Source of the DNA: Halalkalibacterium halodurans
GTDB lineage: Bacteria; Bacillota; Bacilli; Bacillales; Bacillaceae_D
Assembly (NCBI RefSeq): GCF_004376175.1
Contig: NZ_SNUY01000029.1
Coordinates: forward strand, 1 to 32,000
Direction of reading: 5' to 3'
Length of the DNA stretch: 32,000 nucleotides
The notes under the pieces were generated by a model. It made no database searches, was not told the DNA's origin, and was given only the letters and a program-made list of their open reading frames with translations. Positions 27,217 through 32,000 of the stretch are shown piece after piece. The position numbers were made by a program, and so were the translations under genes. The first letter of the stretch is position 1; every line of letters begins with the position of its first letter.

Positions 27217-27225
27217 ATTATACCA
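27217..27225 (-). promoter_or_regulatory. Extended -10 promoter element for the 117-aa ORF
   Basis: The minus strand reads TGgTATAAT, ~40 nt upstream of the ATG at 27179. Confidence 0.4.
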
Positions 27226-27599
27226 TGATGAAAAACGGAATGCATCCTCGCTTCGAACATCTCGTATTTTTATGCGAATTCTTCCTTTTTGATTGAGCTC
27301 AAAAGGCAGAAGCTAGGAGGGCGCCCCTCTTATACATATAACATTTGCCAGCAACTCACGTTTTCCTCCTTGTTGTCAATTGATCTTTTTACGTCAAACG
27401 AGCAAAACGCAATGCACTCGCTAAAAACTGGGGCCAAACAACAGAGAGCAAGAAATCGGTGAACCTACGTGACTGATCGTAGGATGTTCTCGGGAAATCG
27501 CTTTATGTTTGAGGCTTTGACTAAACCTCTCTAGTTATTCTTTCTTTAGGAAAGCTGGTTGGGCGCCTAATCGTTTGCTTTTTTTATACTTTTAATTCT

Positions 27600-29165
27600 T
27601 TGAATCAATTTCATAAAGCCTATCTCTTGAATCAGACAAGAATCCAATTTTCGTTTTATTGATTTTAAAAATGGATTTAAGCTGCTTGAATCATCTCCTT
27701 TTCGGAGAGTACTTTAGCTATGCGATCACACGCGAGTTTCGAACCGTTATAGACTAATTGTGTCAAATCAAAATGTACTTTTGCTCGTTTTCCTGTACGG
27801 TAACGAACATTATTTAATTGGAAGAATTCTTTAAGATAAGCGATGACGCGTTCGACTGCACTTCTTTGCTTGTAAAGATTTTTCCAAGCTTTTGAACCAC
27901 GGGCTGGCGCTGTATAGCGACGTAGATCCGTCGTGATTTTCACTTTATAGACTTTCTGACAGAGCGTATCTTCTGCTAGCGGACAGTCTTTACACTCTTT
28001 TGGACGTGTATACTTTAGTGTCTCGTAAGTTGGGTCATAACTATCATACCGATATGAATGTTCGCGAACACAGGTAGGGGCAAAATACTTATCAAAGCCT
28101 ACTGGTTCTGATTCATTCTTCTTGTTATAAGCAATAATGGACTGGGCACGGATCCGATAGATTTGTTCATAAATAGCGGGATAATCGTAACCTGCATCCA
28201 GTGTACTGTAAGAGATCGGAAGGATAGAAAGACGCTCATGAATGCCTTTTAATAAAGGGATTGCCGCTTTTCCATCATTTAGATTACCAGATGAGAATAG
28301 AGATTGAAGAATGTACTGACTTTTGGTTCCAACGGCTAAATGTCCTTTATATCCAAACCAATAAGCATTCTTTCCTTCACTATTTTTCTTAATGCCCCAT
28401 TTAGGATCAGTTGGAACGGACGATCGTAATTCATTTAAAGGCGTATCAAGCTGAGATTCAATGGGTTTCTCAAAAACTGACAGAGCTGCTTCGCGTTCAG
28501 CCTGTTCTTGAACCCATTTCTCTTGTTCTTCTTTTGATTTACGCCCACGTTTTTTGGGTTCTGGTTTCGCTTTTTCTACTTTCGCTGGCGCTTGATCACG
28601 AGCTTCAATATGAGTCGCATCGATGGCAATGGTGTCGTCCATGACAAATCCTTCAATGATGGCTTGAAGAATCTGCGTTTCTTGAACACGTTCTAAAACA
28701 TCTGATTCTTCTAATTTTGTGAGCATTCTTGAATAAGATGCTTCAGATGGAATCGCATCAGAAAGAAGGAATCCACAATCTAAACGGAACATGTAGTCAT
28801 TCTTTAAACGTTTAATAAGATCTTTAATCGTAGGAATTCGTTCAAGAATTCTAGCTGTAAGTGAGTAAATCATCGCTGCGTAGTTTAGCTGAACAGGAGC
28901 ACCATAAAGGGTTTTTTTCGATACAACAGCTAGAATCGGATCAACCTCAATTGTCGAAAATACCGCTTCAAAACGGTGGGTAGGTTCTAACTCATATAAA
29001 TCTTGCAGGGCAAATAGGCTTCCTTGTCGTATAATAGTCATAAGGGAGTCTTCCTCCAGTCGTTAGTTTTGTGTGGTAACTTACTAATTCGACTTTTGGG
29101 GAGGTACTCCTTTTTTCGTGTCTTAAAAGCCTTACGAGACTAAGGGTTCAAATTATGAAATTTAC
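27600..29165 (-). mobile_element. Insertion sequence of the IS4 superfamily (IS1182/IS660-like); the boundaries are approximate
   Basis: A single transposase gene is flanked by AT-rich non-coding DNA. A 10-bp inverted pair, aatttcataa (27608-27617) and ttatgaaatt (29151-29160), is the only candidate terminal repeat I found. I saw no target-site duplication. Confidence 0.5.
27677..29041 (-). CDS. IS4-superfamily DDE transposase (IS1182/IS660-like)
   Basis: The ORF is 454 aa. The DDE candidates are AIDATHIEA, TLDAGYDY and RSAVERV. The IS4-type Y-2-R-3-E-6-K signature is present as YKQRSAVERVIAYLK. A cysteine-rich insertion (CKDCPLAEDTLC) is present, as in IS1182-like enzymes. Confidence 0.85.
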   Translation of the reverse strand: MTIIRQGSLFALQDLYELEPTHRFEAVFSTIEVDPILAVVSKKTLYGAPVQLNYAAMIYSLTARILERIPTIKDLIKRLKNDYMFRLDCGFLLSDAIPSEASYSRMLTKLEESDVLERVQETQILQAIIEGFVMDDTIAIDATHIEARDQAPAKVEKAKPEPKKRGRKSKEEQEKWVQEQAEREAALSVFEKPIESQLDTPLNELRSSVPTDPKWGIKKNSEGKNAYWFGYKGHLAVGTKSQYILQSLFSSGNLNDGKAAIPLLKGIHERLSILPISYSTLDAGYDYPAIYEQIYRIRAQSIIAYNKKNESEPVGFDKYFAPTCVREHSYRYDSYDPTYETLKYTRPKECKDCPLAEDTLCQKVYKVKITTDLRRYTAPARGSKAWKNLYKQRSAVERVIAYLKEFFQLNNVRYRTGKRAKVHFDLTQLVYNGSKLACDRIAKVLSEKEMIQAA

Positions 29166-29198
29166 TCCTTTACAAAAAATTTACTCTTTCTTATAAGT

Positions 29199-29232
29199 GA
29201 AAAAAGGGAGACGTTAGTACGCCCCCCCTTTT
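29199..29232 (-). terminator. Rho-independent terminator of the spoIIIA operon
   Basis: On the minus strand AAAAGGGGGGGCG-tactaa-CGTCTCCCTTTT is followed by TT, 8 nt after the spoIIIAH stop. Confidence 0.55.
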
Positions 29233-29239
29233 GTAACCA

Positions 29240-29875
29240 TTACTTAGAATCATTATGATGTCCTACCGTTACAAGACGATCGGAACCTAGCTGTTTGCTC
29301 GCCATCACCATAATTTCGTTGGCTTGCTCAGCTGTAAGTTCTTCAGCTTGCACGATGATACGTACTTGCTCTTCTTCGGCAAGAACGAGCACATCATCGT
29401 ACCCTTGTGCTTTGATCAACGTTTCCAATGTAGCTTCTTGCTGGGAAAGCCGTTGCAGTTCTTGACTCTTTGTGAACGCCTCGCTCTTCATTTCAGCGGT
29501 AGCATCTGGAGAGCCCATAATGTTCGTGTAGTTTTCAGCCATTTCTTCACGAGAGGCGATCATTTGGTTACGAATCGTCGCAAACACTTCATTGCTTGCC
29601 ACATTTGAAATCGAGCCAACGTCTGAATCTGTCTCAGCCTCTGCTCCCATCTCCTCGTCCTCTTCTACCGTCACCTCTTCGCCTTCACCTTCAGCATCCA
29701 GATCGATGTCCATCTCCTCTAGCTGCCTTTCCATTTCTTCCTGCATATCGTTTAGCTCCTCATCCGAGACAAACGCAACATCTTCGCCTCCAGGGGACAT
29801 CATGTAGTAAGCAGAAAGAACGACAATTAAGCTAAGCATTGTTAACAACCACACCGTTTGTTTTTTCAACACCAT
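29240..29875 (-). CDS. spoIIIAH: Stage III sporulation protein AH
   Basis: The ORF is 211 aa. Its N-terminus LKKQTVWLLTMLSLIVVLSAYY is near-identical to B. subtilis SpoIIIAH. It has an acidic linker and a C-terminal YscJ/FliF-like region (LETLIKAQGYDD). Confidence 0.9.
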   Translation of the reverse strand: MVLKKQTVWLLTMLSLIVVLSAYYMMSPGGEDVAFVSDEELNDMQEEMERQLEEMDIDLDAEGEGEEVTVEEDEEMGAEAETDSDVGSISNVASNEVFATIRNQMIASREEMAENYTNIMGSPDATAEMKSEAFTKSQELQRLSQQEATLETLIKAQGYDDVLVLAEEEQVRIIVQAEELTAEQANEIMVMASKQLGSDRLVTVGHHNDSK

Positions 29876-29877
29876 TA

Positions 29878-30543
29878 CTATTCCTCCTTCGATTTCTTAG
29901 GCATAACAGACACCCGATGAGCTGGAACATCCAACACTCGACTGACCGCTTCAACGACCATCCCTTTGACTTGGGCATTTTCAACGCCTTCCGCTACAAT
30001 CAATACCCCGCGGACTTGCGGTTTTTCCTTTTGTACAAGAAGAGGCTTCTCTTGATCCCCTTCTCTGACGATCACGACCTCCTCGTCTCGCGATACATCA
30101 TCCACCTTCCGTGTTCCCCCTTCGCGATCGGTCTCATCGGTCTTTTGTTGCTTCGTGCTCGAATTTTTCTCATAAACCATTCGTTCCGTCTCTGCAAGGT
30201 TAATCATGACCGTTACATCTGAAATTCCTACAATTTGCTCCAAGCTCTCTTTGAGCTGATTTTCGTACTGAATTTCATATTGCTCCATTTCACTAGACTG
30301 ACTGGAGGAGCGCTGACCGAATGTCTCCTGATCTTCTTGGCGATCGGTATCATCTTCTTGAAAAACAGGTGCTGTGTCTCCTTGATCATCATTAGGTGAC
30401 AGCAAATTACCAACAATCATGAGCATTAACCCTATACAAAGAATGACGATCACATATTGAAAAGAGAACTTCCCCTTTTCTGCCCCTTTTTTATGAAATA
30501 ATTTTTTCAACCACTGGCGATCTTGTTGTTCATCATGACCCAT
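29878..30543 (-). CDS. spoIIIAG: Stage III sporulation protein AG
   Basis: The ORF is 221 aa with a single TM segment (YVIVILCIGLMLMIVG) and the conserved C-terminus VRGVLIVAEG. It overlaps spoIIIAF by 11 nt. Confidence 0.9.
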   Translation of the reverse strand: MGHDEQQDRQWLKKLFHKKGAEKGKFSFQYVIVILCIGLMLMIVGNLLSPNDDQGDTAPVFQEDDTDRQEDQETFGQRSSSQSSEMEQYEIQYENQLKESLEQIVGISDVTVMINLAETERMVYEKNSSTKQQKTDETDREGGTRKVDDVSRDEEVVIVREGDQEKPLLVQKEKPQVRGVLIVAEGVENAQVKGMVVEAVSRVLDVPAHRVSVMPKKSKEE

Positions 30544-31183
30544 TCCCTTGCTCCCCTCCTTCCCATACCAACGAAATCATTTCCTCAGGGATTTGCCATA
30601 CTTCGGCAAGATAATGAATGTACTTCTGATTCATTCGATCCTCCGTTGACACTGACTGAATGTCTTCGGTCTTTGATGCCAGATCGATCTGAACCGGGGA
30701 AACGACTTCGATGCTAACGGATTCATCATCGGCCTCCTCTGTTAATAAAACGGTAACCGATTGAACTTGATCGGGATGAAACCCCGATTCATAAGCGGTA
30801 GGTTCGATAACAACATCCACTGATTGAATTTGAACACCATACGTTTCACGGAACTCCTCCTCCACTTGTCTTTTTAATTGGACAGCCATCTGTTCAGAAA
30901 TATATGCACGCATGTCGGATTCTATATCATCTTTTTTTGAATTCCAGTCCGATTCTACGGAAAGTTCTGATGTGCTCGTCGCTAAGGAAAGCTCTGCAAA
31001 CCAAGTGTCTAAATCTTCCGTTACAATCGCTAAGACCGGTTGTAGCATCACAACTAGCAACAGCAAACCGACGACCATGCGCACATATCGTTGGAACATA
31101 GAGTTTGGAAGTAGCAGTTCCAAAATCGTTGCTAGCAAAATGAGTAAGATTAAATTCGTTAACCAGTCGGTTAGAAAACCCAC
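30533..31183 (-). CDS. spoIIIAF: Stage III sporulation protein AF
   Basis: The ORF is 216 aa with a GTG start 7 nt after GGAGG. Its N-terminus FLTDWLTNLILLILLATILELLLPNS..YVRMVVGLLL resembles B. subtilis SpoIIIAF. Confidence 0.9.
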   Translation of the reverse strand: MGFLTDWLTNLILLILLATILELLLPNSMFQRYVRMVVGLLLLVVMLQPVLAIVTEDLDTWFAELSLATSTSELSVESDWNSKKDDIESDMRAYISEQMAVQLKRQVEEEFRETYGVQIQSVDVVIEPTAYESGFHPDQVQSVTVLLTEEADDESVSIEVVSPVQIDLASKTEDIQSVSTEDRMNQKYIHYLAEVWQIPEEMISLVWEGGEQGNGS

Positions 31184-31210
31184 GTCGGTTCCTCCCCTTT
31201 GTAAGATTCA

Positions 31211-32000
31211 TTATCGAATCATCACCGATGCATTACCGGCCACAATCATTATCGTAATCGCGAGAAAAAACATTAAACAAACGACGGCCAGAGAAGCAAA
31301 AATGAAAATAATCGCCTTTCCGATAATCGATAAACAGTCCGTTATCGGACCTGCACCTAACGGCTGTAAGATAGCGGCTGAAATATGAAAAATCACCGCT
31401 AGAGACAGAACTTTAATTGCTGGAAAAGCACAGAGCATAAGCAGGATTGCCAGCCCAGCAACACCGACGGTATTTTTTAAAAGAAGCGACGCACTCATGA
31501 CCGTATCGGCAGCATCTGTAAACATCCGGCCAACAACAGGGACAAAGTTGCCGGCAATGTATTTGGCCGTTCGAACCGTAATGCCATCTGTCACGGCAGT
31601 TGTTGCCCCTTGAACGGAGATAATCCCTAAAAACACCGTTAAAAAGACACCAAGAACTCCGACTGCGATCGTGCGTAAAAAGTTAGCCAATTTCGTTACT
31701 TTATAGTGATCGGTCATCGTGCTCACAATGCTTAAAACCGTAGAGATAAACAGCAAAGGTAAGACAAAATGGTGAATGACCATTCCACTCGTATTAACCA
31801 TAAATACAATCAACGGATGAAACAAAGCCGCAGAGGTAATATTTCCGATTGCCGCCATCAGGGCAAGAAGAAGCGGTAAAAGGGCCACCATAAAATGGAC
31901 CATGCTGGATATGGCTTCTTTCGTATAATCCATTGCCACGTGAAAGCTATTTAACGCAATAAGCATCAAGACCATATACGTAATGGCATACGCCACTTTG
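31211..32000 (-). CDS. spoIIIAE: Stage III sporulation protein AE, C-terminal part; the 5' end lies outside the window
   Basis: A polytopic membrane ORF stays open to the window edge. It sits upstream of spoIIIAF in the conserved operon order. Confidence 0.88.
   Translation of the reverse strand, partial: KVAYAITYMVLMLIALNSFHVAMDYTKEAISSMVHFMVALLPLLLALMAAIGNITSAALFHPLIVFMVNTSGMVIHHFVLPLLFISTVLSIVSTMTDHYKVTKLANFLRTIAVGVLGVFLTVFLGIISVQGATTAVTDGITVRTAKYIAGNFVPVVGRMFTDAADTVMSASLLLKNTVGVAGLAILLMLCAFPAIKVLSLAVIFHISAAILQPLGAGPITDCLSIIGKAIIFIFASLAVVCLMFFLAITIMIVAGNASVMIR

Noticed and set aside
7521-27567. A recurring GGGCGCC heptamer (7521-7527, 20220-20226, 27321-27327, 27561-27567), considered as a dispersed repeat.
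   Set aside because: Four occurrences of a 7-mer in 32 kb counted on both strands is about the chance expectation. The flanking sequences share no similarity.
27608-29160. The 10-bp inverted pair aatttcataa / ttatgaaatt, considered as firm terminal inverted repeats of the IS.
   Set aside because: The similarity does not extend beyond 10 nt, the sequence is AT-rich and could match by chance, and no flanking direct repeat is present. I kept it only as an approximate boundary marker.
30609-30635. A possible internal sigma-G promoter for spoIIIAG inside spoIIIAF (GAATG-N15-CATTATC on the minus strand).
   Set aside because: The spacer is 2-3 nt shorter than the sigma-G consensus as I recall it, and the -10 has a mismatch at the final position. 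This is not enough to support a call.
1-32000. A scan for CRISPR arrays, tRNA or rRNA genes, T-box or riboswitch leaders, and tandem repeats.
   Set aside because: I saw no regularly spaced direct repeats, no cloverleaf-like or rRNA-like segments, and no long leader apart from those described. The intergenic regions are otherwise short and are explained by promoters and terminators.

Overview
The window is a chromosomal segment from an endospore-forming Bacillaceae genome, and nearly all of it is transcribed on the minus strand. Read right to left, it is colinear with the Bacillus subtilis region spoIIIA(E-H) - accBC - yqhY - nusB - folD - xseAB - ispA - dxs - yqxC - ahrC/argR - recN - spoIVB - spo0A - bkdR/bkd operon. 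It departs from that backbone in seven ways. (1) A ~720 bp structured, ORF-free gap between ispA and a four-TM protein gene upstream of dxs fits the OLE RNA/oapA locus of extremophilic Firmicutes, and it has its own near-consensus promoter. (2) A four-gene, translationally coupled operon lies between spo0A and bkdR: steA, a small membrane-anchored coiled-coil protein, a GT2 glycosyltransferase and a divergent MraY/WecA-like protein. (3) An IS4/IS1182-like insertion sequence plus ~400 bp of unexplained non-coding DNA and an orphan acidic ORF sit between the spoIIIA terminator and accB, where B. subtilis has yqhV. (4) The tail of a second, different IS abuts the bkdAB stop codon where the E2 gene bkdB is expected. 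(5) The bkd operon lacks ptb and buk. (6) A clear sigma-54 promoter with an upstream palindrome precedes the bkd operon. (7) A short AAA+ ATPase gene remnant lies downstream of spo0A. I saw no rRNA, tRNA or CRISPR array. All calls rest on reading motifs and on synteny recalled from B. subtilis and B. halodurans; no database search was run.
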